Shown piece after piece: positions 25,587 to 40,770 of a stretch of 64,000 nucleotides of DNA. The notes under the pieces are model-generated. The model had not been told where the DNA came from and searched no databases. It saw only the letters and a program-made list of their open reading frames with translations. Location: positions 15,128,001-15,192,000 of the forward strand of contig CM022667.1 in the NCBI GenBank assembly GCA_012295275.1, given 5' to 3'. Both the position numbers and the translations under genes were made by a program. This DNA is from Chrysomallon squamiferum. Its lineage: Eukaryota > Animalia > Mollusca. Position 1 is the first letter of the stretch, and each line of letters begins with the position of its first letter.

Positions 25587-26506
25587 GCCTTTACATTTTC
25601 TATAAGGATGTCATTATGCTTGCACGCACGCATGTTTCGTGAATATAAATAAACAAAACAGCAATCTAAACCGTTCATCAACTGATTAATTAATTATGAT
25701 TAAACTTTTCACCTCTGTTGTCGCAAATATAAAAAACATGGTATCTAATTTAATTGTATATATATATAATCACAAATACTTCTGTTAATTCTACTGATGT
25801 TCCTCTAATGTTCAGTGTTATTGTTATTTAAATACACAATTTACCCCACGTCTTAATTTTTCTCTGTTGTTTATTGTATTCCTTTTTATTTCTTACTTTC
25901 TCCTTCCATATTTCTTTCTTTCATTTATTTTATTTTCTTCTAATATAATATAATATATATAATACAATGTAATATAATATACTACATGCAGTGCTGCTAC
26001 TACTGCTACCACTACTAATTGTCATCAACATCCTCATCGTCTTTATATTATAAATAATGTACCTTCGTTACATCTAAAACATTTCAAGTTCATTTGTATG
26101 TGTGTGTGTGCGTGTGCTGTGTGTGTGTGTGTGTGTTTTTGTCACGTGTTATATAAAACTGATTAGTTCTTTGTTGTCGTGCACGTCACTGTTGAAGCAG
26201 TGGGTACTTTAATAACATACTTTTACTAATTATCCATCTGAATTAATTAGCGAGAATCCTGGGAGGTGTGTATTAATTATTTGTTAATCAGGAAGTAAAA
26301 GTGGCCTTGCTGCTTCGTATGGAATGGCTACTTGCATTACAACAACAACAACAAACAAAAAAGTTACCTTTACCTGCATTTAGATTTCATTAATACTTAC
26401 CTTTATGGTGTTGTTAAGAAATGAACACGAGGTATAGTCTGTACATTATTATCTAATTTACTTCATTAAATGCAAAGAAAAACAGTAGAAAAGAAAGAAG
26501 AATAGA

Positions 26507-26544
<38 letters not shown>

Positions 26545-27890
26545 AAATGAGCAATATGCGTGGATACGTGTCTACCGTATGTGTGTACGTGTGAGTGAGT
26601 GCGTGTGCGTGCGAATGTAAATGTGTTTGTCACAATAGAATGCGTATGTTTTAGAGTATGTGTTATGTGTTTGTAATAATCAATATTTTTGTTTGAGCTG
26701 TAGAAATTGGGTGTGCATGCATAAGATTCGGTGCGTGCGTAAGGAAAAGGGGTGAAAAAGATAGTAATAATGAGTGTGTGTATGTGTGTGTGTGTGTGTG
26801 TGTGTGCATGGCTGTGTGTGTGTTTTGTGTTTGTGGTTTAAAAGTGTGAGTGATTGAATGATTTAAATAACATCGTCAGTTTAGCCTCCAGTCTACAGTT
26901 TTTTCTTTACCTCTGGTTTATTTACGTAGTGGGCTCCGTTTTCAAAATTTGAATCCCTTCTGTGTGACTTTCTCAATTTCCTCCAGGAAATACTCGGCGC
27001 CGCAATTTTTTTCTTTTTTTTTTTTTTTTTTTTTTTTTCTTTTCTTTCCTTGAGAATGTGATTCTAAGGCGTGAAAAGATTTTCAAAAATTAATCAAATA
27101 TTACCAACCCTGCTAAAACAACAACAACCACCACCACAACAACAACAACAACAACATAATAATAGAACAAATTTTGAAATCTTAATTATTAACTAATTCA
27201 CTAATGTTGACATATATATATATATACACACACACACATACAAACAACAGTTTGCTTTTTCACAGATTATTTTTTCAATACATCAGTAATTCTTTACACA
27301 TCAAACTTTTACTGACGTCTTTTTCTTCAATCCCCTGAATCCCATCCCTTGTCACCTCTGCTCCTAATCCACCCATCGTTGCTTATCCTGGATTTACGTC
27401 TGTCGATAAAACTTCGGTAAATTGTCTGTCTGAAATTACGGAAAGTCTGACGAAGACACAACTAATAAAAACGAGTCGAACACACGCGATATAAAATGTA
27501 TCTAACGAAAATCTCAGTGTACTGCTATCAGCGTTTAATGCGAACGAACATGGAAAAACACATCTTCCTTTTTTTTATGCTGGATGGGAAATACAAGTGA
27601 CGTATAATCGATACAGTAACTGTCAAATTATTGTTTCTAAATGCATATCACCATTAAAGGATAGGAGACTAGTGTTCCGTGGTTCGTGGGATCAATTTTT
27701 GTGGATGCGCCCGTCAGTTTGTTTCATGTTATAACAAATACCTCATTACTGACTGGCAGCTATCACGGTAAACGGTTATATGTTTGGGATAAGAAGGAAA
27801 AAAAAAACATGTTTATTTAACCGCACAGTCAAGATATTTGTAAATTATGGACTGTGTCTTACGCAAGGTTAAAGAAGACATTTAATATAT

Positions 27891-27938
<48 letters not shown>

Positions 27939-28009
27939 TTTGTTTGTTTGTTTGTTTGTTTGTTTGTTTGTTTTCTTTAATTCAAATATACCATTCAGAA
28001 TGATTTTCA

Positions 28010-29371
28010 AGCAAAATTCCAATTAAAGGCATTTGGATTACTAATTTCATTAAATTAGTCAAAGCTAACTAGAGTCAGATAATTACTAATTAAACTTGAT
28101 TAAAGGCATTTGGATTACTTTGATCTGCTAAAATATATTATAAAACATGACCTAACATTCAAGCGAACTAGAGTCAGCTAATTACTAATTCACGCTGATT
28201 AAATGCTAAAGATTCGGTTGATTTGGTAAGTGATCTATAACTGACATGCATGAAACAGTATATATGGTCATGCCTTGTAGCAAAACTATTATATTCTGTA
28301 AGATGGAGTTCACTGAGTCAGACAGAGGTCATCCAAAACTTGTCTTCGAAAACTATTTGTATGTCCGACAGAAGGAACTCAGCAGAGCAGTGATTTTTTA
28401 CGAATGTGAAGGAAGAAGGCAACATGTCTGTAAAGCTAAATTGTCCTGTGACTGGATGCTTCTTTCATTTCAGCCAATGCATCTGGCGCCAAATTCAATT
28501 CTAATGAGTCTGGCAGTTCGTTATAATACTTATAAAGAGTTTGCTGTACTGATCGGTCAGATAGCTGCATTTGCATTCCTTCCAATGGATGAAGTGACGG
28601 CAGTTTTTTTAAACACTATCAGAAGCTGACGATGATGACTCTGTGCTACCAATACCGGAGTGCTTTGACTTTGAGGACAAATTCATCGGTCGCCAGTATT
28701 GCAGAGCTGATCGCGGAAGAGATCCACGATACAATGTTGGCATCTGGAACAGGCATCAGCGAGTGGAAGAGAATTTGCAGCGGACTAACAACTTCGTGGA
28801 AGGTGACACCGTCTATTCCAGTCAAACATTGGTGCCTTCCGTCCGAATTTCTGGACGTTTATAGATATTTTAAAGTGTGGACAAGCACTAAATAACTGGA
28901 AATAAATCAGATGACAGGCAGGGAAGCACCTCAGTCACTTCGTCGAAAATACCAAGAAACTTCATTGCGTTCGTTGAGACTGGTCAGGCAGCGTAAAAAC
29001 CGACACATCCTGGACTAATTGCGTGGAACAGCACACAACATCAAACTGTGAAAACTGAAAAGTCTCAATGAACTCTTGTAAGAAGTGCCTTAGTATACAT
29101 GGTTATAGTTGAACCTGTACTTGTGAATGAACTGTTGCTATACAAAGCTTTTCTAGAGAACTATGGACAGACTACTCTGAGTTTCATTTTGAATGTGGTT
29201 TATTATTTTTGAAGTATTAGAAAAGTTGTACTTATACAAGTATATATGTCGTTGAGCGTGAAAATCATTACCGGAAGAACAAATGGGGGGAAGCAGTTAA
29301 CAGGGGCAGCTCTCTGGGGGCAGTCATCCGAGGGGAGTTGTCCTGGGGGGGGGGACTGTGGTCCTAGAATC
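28010..29371 (+). mobile_element. Mutator-like DNA transposon remnant with a G-rich right terminus; left end not found
   Basis: Transposase relic plus repeated GGGG(C/G)AG(T/C)NNTC(C/T) units at 29285-29371 ending GTCCTAGAATC; short duplicated blocks (attaaaggcatttggattact; aactagagtcagNtaattactaatt) at 28022-28190. Confidence 0.7.
28303..29051 (+). pseudogene. Decayed FLYWCH-MULE (Mutator-like) transposase with frameshifts, stops and a large internal deletion
   Basis: FLYWCH-like MEFTESDRGHPKLVFENYLY..FYECEGRRQHVCKAKL is followed in other frames by VTGCFFHFSQCIWRQIQ, AAFAFLPMDEV, IWN..RTNNFVEG*HR, PNFWTFIDILK, RRKY and D*LRGTAHNIKL*. Confidence 0.9.
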
Positions 29372-29718
29372 GATAACAGCTTATCATAGAAATGTCGCTC
29401 AAGCAGTATTGTGTTATTGCATGCTGCAAGTCGTTATATGTAAACAGCGAGTTTGAAAACACTTAGCAGAAAGCGATGTTTCAGTCTGCTTTGTAATAAA
29501 GCGACATAAGATCAAGGTCACCATAGGTTTATTTCTGTAAGACAGCACGGAAGAGGAAGTCTTGTTGCCGAACGAAAAAGAGTAACCTATGTTAGTATTG
29601 GTTAATTATTGTTAATCAATGGCAATGCATCGTTGACGTTAGTCTCACTTTTCGTTAAGACATCATAAATTAAAATCATAATGATGCATTGATGACTGAG
29701 GTGATGATTGTGATAATG

Positions 29719-29772
<54 letters not shown>

Positions 29773-29879
29773 TCAAATAGTTAAAAAAATTATGTGATGT
29801 TGATGATGGCGGAAACATTTGTCGTTCCATCTGCGTTTGCTTCCTCATCATCGTCATCATCATCATTTTCTTCTTCTTC

Positions 29880-29930
<51 letters not shown>

Positions 29931-30961
29931 ACGTTTCATAATTTTTTGTTCATGATCTAACAACGACAATTACGACCGTTTCACGACCTTCCCCTTCCGC
30001 TTCGAAAAAAAAACGAGTCCCGCTGACATTTGTCATTATTACTCTTTCTCTTTCTTCCCCAGCCGAACAAGAAATTCAGATACACGTCCAGTGAAAGAGG
30101 AACAAACAGATATTCCATGATTTATAGCTCGTCTCGACAACGTCATTCTGTACAAACGAAACCGATCATTGTGCCACTTGTGCAGAATGCTGTGCACGTT
30201 ACGAGCCCGAAGACGGCAACCGCGGCGACAATACGGGTTAAAACGACTGACATTAATTGCGTTTCGGAATATAAATCGAACTGTTATCTTACGCTCGCTG
30301 CATCTCGACAAAGGAACCGAGGACTGCTCTCCCAAGTAATAAAAGTTGGTCAACAGCGGGCTTCCTCTCACGTTCATGTTTAATTAAACTGCAGGTGTTT
30401 TCGATGAACGTAGTTCTCGTAAAATCAATTTGGTTGAGGTCGGAGTGCTCTTGCGCCGAATGAAATAGTTGGTTGGTTATTATGGCACACACATTTGGTG
30501 TCCCTTCGAGGTTAATGCACGTTCGTCTTGGGCAAACTGTAACGGAAGCCGGGTACGCCTGGTAAAACGTTTTGATAATCAGTTCCATTCAGAACGAAAT
30601 TATAAATTAAACAAATTAAATAAATAAATGAAGTAAAAATATTTATAAATATAATAATGTTATGTCATTAAATAATTAAATGATGAGTAAATAATTAACA
30701 ACAACAACAACAACAACAAAAAAAAAAAACATTAATAATAAAAAAAAAAAAAAAAAAATTGAACGTAGACATAAGTGACTTTCTGAACTATCCTAAAGCT
30801 GAAAGAAAATATCCGTTATTGCTGAAAGAAAAAAACACGTAAAGTTAGAAAACGTGTACGTTTATTCCAGTAAAGAAACAAATCTATAATAATCGTTATT
30901 GCCTCGAGCAACAGCAGGAATATTAAGTTCAATATAATGTCACGCGAAATTAAAGCACGAT

Positions 30962-31756
<795 letters not shown>

Positions 31757-32681
31757 GTCTGACATTGTCTCTCTGTGACTTTCTACTTTCTAATCTCTAC
31801 TCTGCTCTCTCTCTTCCCCCTCTCTCTCTTTCTCTCACACGCTCGCACGCACACACACACACACTGTCACTCTTTCTCCTCCTAATTCAACCTTTCTTCC
31901 AGCGGGCTACAGTTTCAACCTTCGTTTCCGCATAAAATGGCATTAAACTGCATCTGAAAAATAGCTCATTTGAGCATACTGAGAATTTGAAGCATAACGA
32001 ATTAACGAGACGTCGGGAATGAAGCAGCACGGGATTAACCGACAGAAATTGTGGTCACTACATTAAATTAGGAGGAATTTACGTCAGCAGACACAGTCGC
32101 GATGAATTTAGATATTTCCTGCCAATACCGGAACGTGTCGATAAAAAATTTCTGAAATCATTAGACGCAACAGTGGTTTTCAAAAGAAAAAAAAAAAATA
32201 AAATAAAAGAGAAAAAAGAGAGATAGATTAGATTATTCCTTTCTAATGTCGAACAGAATGAGCGATATTGCCTTTGGAAGGCTCAGGTAATGGGTGCAAA
32301 AGATGAGGTAGTGAAATAAACGATTTTGTTGTTGTTGTTGTTATTATTATTATTATTATTATTATTAATACTATTTTATTTTATTTTATTTTCGTTTCTT
32401 CTTCTTCTTCTTTTCTTTTATAATCTGTGATATCTTGGAAGCAGTAGAAAACGCGACAGCTCATTTTTCAGGCATTTCTCGAGATTTTGTTATAATATTT
32501 AAAAAAATGGTAATAATAAACTGTCATAGACTAGTGAAAAATTATTAGAAAAACAATATTTATGTTTGTCTTTGTCATCAGAATTTCAACTCAAAAGTAC
32601 TGATAAGTTAGTGTGTATACTATTAATCATTATCCACTGCATCTGAATGGCTTTTCTTCTTATATATTTATATATATCTAT

Positions 32682-32720
<39 letters not shown>

Positions 32721-33865
32721 TGTGTTTTAGCTGTAACCGTTACTTGACATGTTTTATATGTTCCAAAAACATTGGAAAATATTAACGTTGTAAAGAATGA
32801 ATAAACACATTATTCATTATTATTGGATTAAAGCTAGGTGGAGGTTATTTTCTTTTAAATTATTGTTATTATTGTACTCTACTCGATGCTGTTCTCTTCT
32901 GTTCTTCACTTTTCTATTCTTTTCTCTTCTATTTTTTAGTTTTTATTTGTACACTGATCACAAGAAAGAAAACGCTGTTACGCCGTTCACTGTTCTACTC
33001 CTGTTCATTAACAAGAAGGAAGCTGTCGCAAGTACCTTTCCACAGATACGAAAACAGTAGCAGAGGTTTTGATAAACCAGTCAAGAGTCACTGTCTGGAA
33101 TGGAAAATAGCTCTAGGGTCTACTGAGAAATAAATCAATGTCAAAGTTAATCTAGAGGACGATGATAGTGAAGAAGAAGAAATGAGTTCAGGAGAAATAA
33201 AGAATACGAACGATGAAAAAAATATGAAAAAAAAAAGAGAAAATAAGAAAGAAGATAAAGAAGATGAGAAAAAAACATTTGAAAAATAATGAAGAAAAAA
33301 GAAAGAAATAAAGAAAAATGTAGCATAAAAAAAGAGAATATGGAAGAAAATAAAGAAGAGAAAAACAGATTATGAAAGATAGGGAGGAAAAACGAAGCAA
33401 CAGAAAACGAAGAAAAATACGGAAAGAAGAGAAAATAATTTTTAAAAACCCAACCAAAAAACCCAACGAAAACAAGATGATAATTAGGTACTCAATCTCG
33501 ACAGGATTAAAAGAAGATCAGTTTTCTACAAAACACACGTCACAGCTGTTTCAAGATTTCAGATGGTAAAATAATCTCATCCATCAACTGAAGATGAACA
33601 GTGAAATGCGCTGATCCAACATGAACTACTAAACTGCGACCTCTTTTAGAATACGACCAGATAACGCCGGATCAGCAAGACAAGATTTGTTTCGACGTGC
33701 AAATGGTATTCATCTAACGTTAGCCATAATAATAATAATAATATTTCTGTGTGTATGTGTGCCTGTACGTCGGTAGTAATGCTGCATTGCCTTGAAGTCG
33801 TAGGGGCTTGCGTTGATTTGTTCCCGAAGCTGTTCTGCGAAAATCGATAGAGTTCTTTCCTCTGT

Positions 33866-33996
33866 TATAAAACATCGCCTCGCTGCTGCGGTGCTGACAG
33901 ACAAGTGGCGGAGTTTACAAACGGAACGTACTAGCGGTTACTGCGATTCCTTGACGTGCAGGTGTATTTCTGCGGATCTTGTCCAAACAGGTAAGT
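33866..33996 (+). promoter_or_regulatory. Putative TATA promoter and ATG-free first exon (~33897-33990)
   Basis: TATAAAA at 33866-33872, a CA initiator ~32 nt downstream, a CpG-rich ATG-free stretch and a perfect CAG|GTAAGT donor at 33990/33991. Confidence 0.55.
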
Positions 33997-34529
33997 TTCA
34001 TTGTTGTCGAAAAAAAAAAAATAATAAAAAAAAAAAAGTACGTAAAGAGAGAATAGAAGTAACTTCGTACCTGATGGATTACTTTTTTTTACAAAGATTT
34101 TACATTCACGATCTTAAATACTTAATTTGCTAATACGATAATGTAAATGATGTAATTAATTATCTTCTTTATTCGTTTTTGTCGTTTAAAAGCCTGTTTC
34201 CTGCAACAGTGTTTGATCATTTTAAGATTAAAGAGCGTTAAGTAATTACGTAATTATTCTAGTGTTTGACGTTGTATAGCAATTCTAAGTAGTTAAAATG
34301 TGTTCAATTTTAAAGTCGCAATCTCGATACATTAACGTTCTGCAACTTAAACAATAACTAAAGAAGTGAAAGATGGTAGCAAACAAACTGCATCAACTCA
34401 TAAGACGGAAACTAATTTAAGTCTGTCACTGGCTCGTTACGTTTTAACTGAATTATGTCTGCACCATGTATTCTGTATCGAAATGTATACAGGTAATTAA
34501 TGAATATACGGCGGCAGACATATAAACAC

Positions 34530-34614
<85 letters not shown>

Positions 34615-35169
34615 ATGTAGACTTTCACACCGTTTTTGAATATATTTGACAGTTTCTCCACCCAGCCCCTATCTAGTCGAACTGTCTTAATTTTCCAGTT
34701 ATTTTTCTCTTTATTGTTTTTTCGCCAAGTGCCTAGCGGTCTTTATCATAAACCTGTGAAGTCACTGTAAAATTGTATATTCCAGCTAGCTTTTTTTTTC
34801 TATGCAGAATTACAGACACGTTATCTCTGCTTCATTCGTCTTCCTTTATCAGCGATATTCTTCATATTCGTGAGCTCTAAAATGATTTACTTTTTTTTCG
34901 TGCGTTTCGCTCACCAGGTATTTTCGAATCATCTTCTTTCATCACACAGAATGCACATTGTTATTTTGAAACTATTACACAGATATCAGCGTCTGTTGTT
35001 GGTTATTAAAGGAAAGTACGGCGCCTGAATCTCTCCTCATCTCTTCACTATAAGTGTTCCAGAACGAATGAATAACCACAGAGATTAACAACTTTGAATA
35101 GATGGACGACAGTTTAAACTTTTTCCATTTTTATATTTCACTGCCTGTATTCATAGTTATTTATTTGAT

Positions 35170-35209
<40 letters not shown>

Positions 35210-35905
35210 CACCTTTTGAGATAAACATTTTATTTTGAAAATCATCTTTAAGGGCACAAGAAAAAAACAAGAAAAACAACCATATAAAATCAATATAAAA
35301 ATGAATGAATGCATGAATAAATAAATAAATAAATAAACAAACAAAGGAACCCATAAAAACATGTTAATAACGCTATTAATATAATGCGCAATAGATACAC
35401 TAGTCCTTAAAGAAATGACGAAAGAACGTCAATAACTGTGTAGAGAAAAATAGAAAAAAAATATCAATACTATCACCCCATGAAAGTATACATACGACCA
35501 CAATATACAAATGTAACTTAAATGGTATAAAAATACAGCTCGAGAGGTTTTCATTAAATATTTAGAATAGAAACCGCGATGCATCGCTCCCTTTACAAAC
35601 GATATATACAGTAGCAGAATATTCCTAATAAAGGTTATAATTGATTATATTATAGAAAAAAAAAAGCTGAAATTGTTTGTTATAAAGCTATAATATTGCA
35701 TGCTTCGGGTACTAAAATGGCAGAGGATTTCTATTCATAAAGTGATCAATGTAAGGCTTGGATGCTGGAGTCCTAGCAGCAGATTCAAGTGAATGAGATA
35801 TAATTATATTCTTTCCCTTGGGTTATTGAAATTTTTTATATTTTATTTTCTTAATATATCGTTCTTTTCTTCATATAATGGAACTTATTATATAATTTTT
35901 AATAC

Positions 35906-35989
<84 letters not shown>

Positions 35990-36575
35990 AGTCACTGTCT
36001 CTTTTTCTTTGTGTGTCTCTCTCTTTGTATCTGTCTCTCTTTCTCTGTCTCTCGATCACTCTCTCTCTGAATGTGTTTATAAAACACTGTCTTCTCCGTA
36101 TTTCCTTCGGTTTCATTCCTTTTTCTCTCTGTGTCTCAATCTCTCTTCTTTCAGGCTCTCTTTCACTGTGAATATATAACTGGGTTACATACAGAAACAA
36201 AATACCTACACACCTATGTCTGTATATCAAGTGACTCTGTATGTTTACATTATATGATAGTTTAATGTGATGTGGACGAAATATTTAATAATCAAACTAA
36301 TTCTTATCATCATAATCGTTAATATTAAGTATTACAGAACATTCGCGTTTATAAGCAACCTTTTATATGTAAATAAATATTATGTGTAAATTTAGTCTGA
36401 GTGATGTACGCAAAAAACTTAATTTCTTCGTTGACTTCATCACTGATGTCATCATGATCATCATAATTAATTATAACAGCACCACAAATGACGTCATCAT
36501 AACCATGATCATCGTCAAGGATAGATAGAAAGAAAACGGTAATGATCTTTCTCTCTTTCTTTCTTTCGTTCATTA

Positions 36576-36614
<39 letters not shown>

Positions 36615-36883
36615 CTCTATTTATTTATCTTTATAACGTAATAAAGATAGTCAGCCACTCAATGAAGTCATTTAAATTGTCTAAGTGATTTGTTATTTCA
36701 TTCATTGTTAACAGTTTTAACAGACAAAAATCGATGACATAATAATTACCGTGTTCTCGAAAACTTAAAAAATTAAAACAGAAATTTCTGCTGATAGGTT
36801 CTTCCACGAATGGAATGACGTCAATACCTGAGAAAAAACGAGTTTAATGAATTGTATAGCAAAATAAAAAAAATAAATAAATA

Positions 36884-36945
<62 letters not shown>

Positions 36946-37155
36946 AAAAGGTACAAGAAAATTAAACAAAAAAATAATCAAGCGCCGCGATTAAGGGAAA
37001 ACAAATTTACTGATTTGTGTTTCTGAATGGAGGTAAAGAGGACTGGACACAATGTCAAACTGTAGAAATCAATGATTCTCAAAATAAAATTAATCAACTG
37101 AGTTTTATACATCTGCTTACTTGTTCGTCATGAAAAAAATGTATGTATTGAATAC

Positions 37156-37197
<42 letters not shown>

Positions 37198-38629
37198 CAT
37201 CATCATTATTATTATTGTAATATTTATCGATTAATTTTCAATTAATGCACATATTAGATCTTTTTCCTTTAATTTATGTTATTATGTCAGTTCTTTTTTA
37301 TATACTATTACTACTACCACCACCGCCTGCTACTACTATTACTACAGTTAGAATACCGACACCAGTAGCAACAATGACAGCAACAGCCACAACAAATTCA
37401 ATAGCCTCTATTTACTGAGTATATATTTAATATAAATCTTTCATCGTAGAATAATATGAACATTGACTGACGTTTCTTCTTCTTCTTCTACTACTACTAT
37501 ATTCACCACATACTACTAAAACTACTACTACAGCTACCACAACAACAAAAACTACTACTACTACAACAATATGAATAGAGAAAACAGCAGCAACGATGGC
37601 AGAAACAACCGTAATAAGGTTAATAATACTCAGTATTTACTGAGCGGTGTTACATATATTCAATATAAAGCTTTCATCGTACAGTGAGCTGTACAGTGTA
37701 TGACACAGACACACTTCACGTACTGGTTTATACAACAAATAGATTTTCCTTGTCCAGAAAGAGCAATTTCAGTTAACAATGTTACAGAGCCTTCGCGTTC
37801 ATAAGCATCTTGTTAGATGTGAATATGCGTAAATTTAGACCGAGTAGAGGTAAATTCAGTTTGGAGCGTTTAATATTCACAGTGTGAACGAAAGTAAATA
37901 GTGTAAGACAAGACAAGAAAGCTTGTAAAGGATTCGTTTGTTTGTGTGTGTAGTTTTAATAGTGAATTTGAGGCTTATCATCATCATCATCATCATCATC
38001 ATTATCATCATCATTCTTATTATACTGTCATTATCAAAATAATCATTCTGACCATCAAATAATAATTATCATCATAGACATCTATCGGACAATTAATTAA
38101 AATGATCATGATCATATGAATTTAGCAGCCAAAGGTAATTTATAATGAGCATACTATGCAATATGAAAGAGAATAATTGAACCTGTGATGTTTCCAGTTC
38201 TGTTTTATGCGACTCATTTATCAAAGGCTGTGGTAAGTGTTTTCCTGTTTACGGGAAGCCACATTTATTTAAAACTTGCTGTGGTGGTTCTCAGTAAAAG
38301 CAGCCTTTTCCGGGGCGACCGAGTGTTTCCTCCCTTTCTCAAATCATCATTAAGAAAATAAAATTCGATTGATGTTTCGAAAACTTGTTAATAATGACAT
38401 GATGAAATCTCATCAAACGAATCTAATATGCATGCTACCACTGTTTGCTGTCCGGAATGAATTATTTCCAGATCATTATCAATGTCAGTAATTCTTCTTC
38501 TTCGTCTTCGTTGTCTTCATCTTCTTCTTCTTCATCATCATCATTCTTCTTCTTCTTCTTCTTCTTCTTCTTCTTCTTCTTCTTCTTCTTCTTCTTCTTC
38601 TTCTTCTTCTTCTTCTTCTTCTTCTTCTT

Positions 38630-38660
<31 letters not shown>

Positions 38661-38878
38661 TTATTATTATTGATATTATTGTTATGGTTATTATCACTGT
38701 TGCTACTGACACTACTGCTATTTGTACTACCTACAATTATTGATATGCAGCTGCTATTACTGGTACTACAGTTGAGATCATTAACAAGAAAGTAAATATT
38801 TTCAGATAAACTATTAACAGATATTACTTATTAGTGTTTTCTTTTCTCATGTTTTTGAGAACAACAACAATAACAACA

Positions 38879-38941
<63 letters not shown>

Positions 38942-39009
38942 TAATAATAATAACAATAGAGAAATTCACTCTTCCGCAACAAAAACGAGCAAATCTGACT
39001 ACATATCAA

Positions 39010-39146
39010 CATGATAATATATATCTCTATCTATAACCAGAATGAGTTATTTTGCTCTGACAAATGAGACGTGGGACACAGGACGGCTCGGGAAAACACC
39101 CTAGAGGAAGATCTCGGCAGAACTGATCCAGCGACCAATCTCTCAT
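39010..39146 (-). mobile_element. Degenerate tRNA-derived SINE
   Basis: Minus strand has decayed A/B boxes (gcggctcggagacaagacgcttcgtctgat ... ggatcagttc) then gggtgttttcccg; resembles 54095-54260. Confidence 0.5.
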
Positions 39147-40042
39147 CAGACGAAGCGTCTTGTCTCCGAGCCGCAGTCTTGCTACCACCAAATTATTGAT
39201 GTCATTGATCCTGAAACTGTTTCTCTCAGAAATGACTTACAAGACAGAGATTAAACTCGCCCAGATTCGCAATCTGTTATCTGTCACATGTTAAGACAAA
39301 TGACGGCGTTATCGGGAGCCTGATCCGGTGTCTTGGGCCAAACCGCAAGAAGTCCCGTGTCCCGCTGCAGCCACAGAGGAAATTCAGAAACATACCTTGA
39401 CATTTGTAGATGGCTCAGCAAATTTCCTTTGGGAGATGAGATTGATTACGCTTTATGCTTGTTCGTGAAGAAAAATGAAATAGTGGGAGGGAATAACATG
39501 GTGGAGAGAGGGAGGGGTTGAAGAGAGAAAGTGGCAGACAGACAGACAGAGAGACAGTGACGGAGAATAAAGTATAGGCAGAGAGATTGAAAAATAAATT
39601 TAAAAAAAAGCTGATAGATACACATGATCATGCAGATAGAGAAATGAACAGATCTATTGACAGACTGACAGAGACAGACAGTCAGGTGACTGACTGTCAG
39701 ACAAATAGATAGATAGATAGGCAGGTAGATAGACAGACAGACATATAAATTAGTTAGATAAACAGACAGATATATTGACACGCAGCAGGAATGCATTCGA
39801 CATTTTTCACTAAATTTGCTGAATATTCATAAAACGAACAAGAAAAGAATAATAAATATTAAGAAAAAGATGCTAAATATTATATTAAAGGAAAAAAAGA
39901 TGAAGCACAAGTAAATAAACAAAACAAGAAAAAACAAAGAAGAAACCCAACATAACAACAGCAACGACAAAAATAAATAAATAAATACGAAACAACAACA
40001 ACAATAGTCTGAAAAACAGAGACAGACACTTGAATAGACGGT

Positions 40043-40109
<67 letters not shown>

Positions 40110-40515
40110 TCATTCAGACATTCCACCACTCTAGCGCAGAACGAGAGATACAGAAAATGTAAATAAGGAAAGTTCAGACACCGCAGGCTTTTGTGACCCA
40201 GTCACGTATTCATGGTCGTCATAGTAACTAATCTTGTCAAAATCTGTAGGGTGTGATACAATCGACACTTCCAGGAAATTGAAAATGTCTTACAGTCACC
40301 TTGCGTGTGTCGTTTTTGTTCATGGAAGGAGAAAAAAAAATAAAGAAGGGAAATAGGGAAAAGGAAATGTTGTTCGAGTAAATGTCTGGCGTGGGTAGTA
40401 CAGTTCAAACGTAACAAGACTGCTGTTATCATTTGTAGCGTAATAATTTGTGCAAACACAGTCTTGTTTGTTTCACTCGGGCCAAGACCATTTGCGATGT
40501 TTGCTGTAATCCTGC

Positions 40516-40770
40516 TAAATGTAAGTTTCTTGTAAATTAAGTAGAGTTACAAAAACAACATTTATTATAAAGATAATAAAAATATATCACTTGACGTATT
40601 ATAGTTATATAAATGTAAGTATCTTTAAATTAAGTGAAGTTACAAAAAACTAATAATTATAACGATAGTAAAAATATATGATTGCAGTAATACAGTTATA
40701 TAAATATAAGTTTCTTGTAAACTAAGTTGAATTACAAAAACAATAATAATAAAAAGTATATGATTGCTGG
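40516..40770. repeat. ~92-bp tandem repeat, ~2.7 copies
   Basis: taaat(g/a)taagt(t/a)tctt(g)taaa(t/c)taagt..ttacaaaaa starts at 40516, 40609 and 40701. Confidence 0.9.

Noticed and set aside
11072-30588. Non-repetitive ~100-117 aa ORFs (11072+, 22670-, 23944+, 30030+, 30039-, 30289-)
   Set aside because: No recognisable domains, several overlap on both strands, and they sit in GC-richer islands where stops are rarer; more likely regulatory DNA
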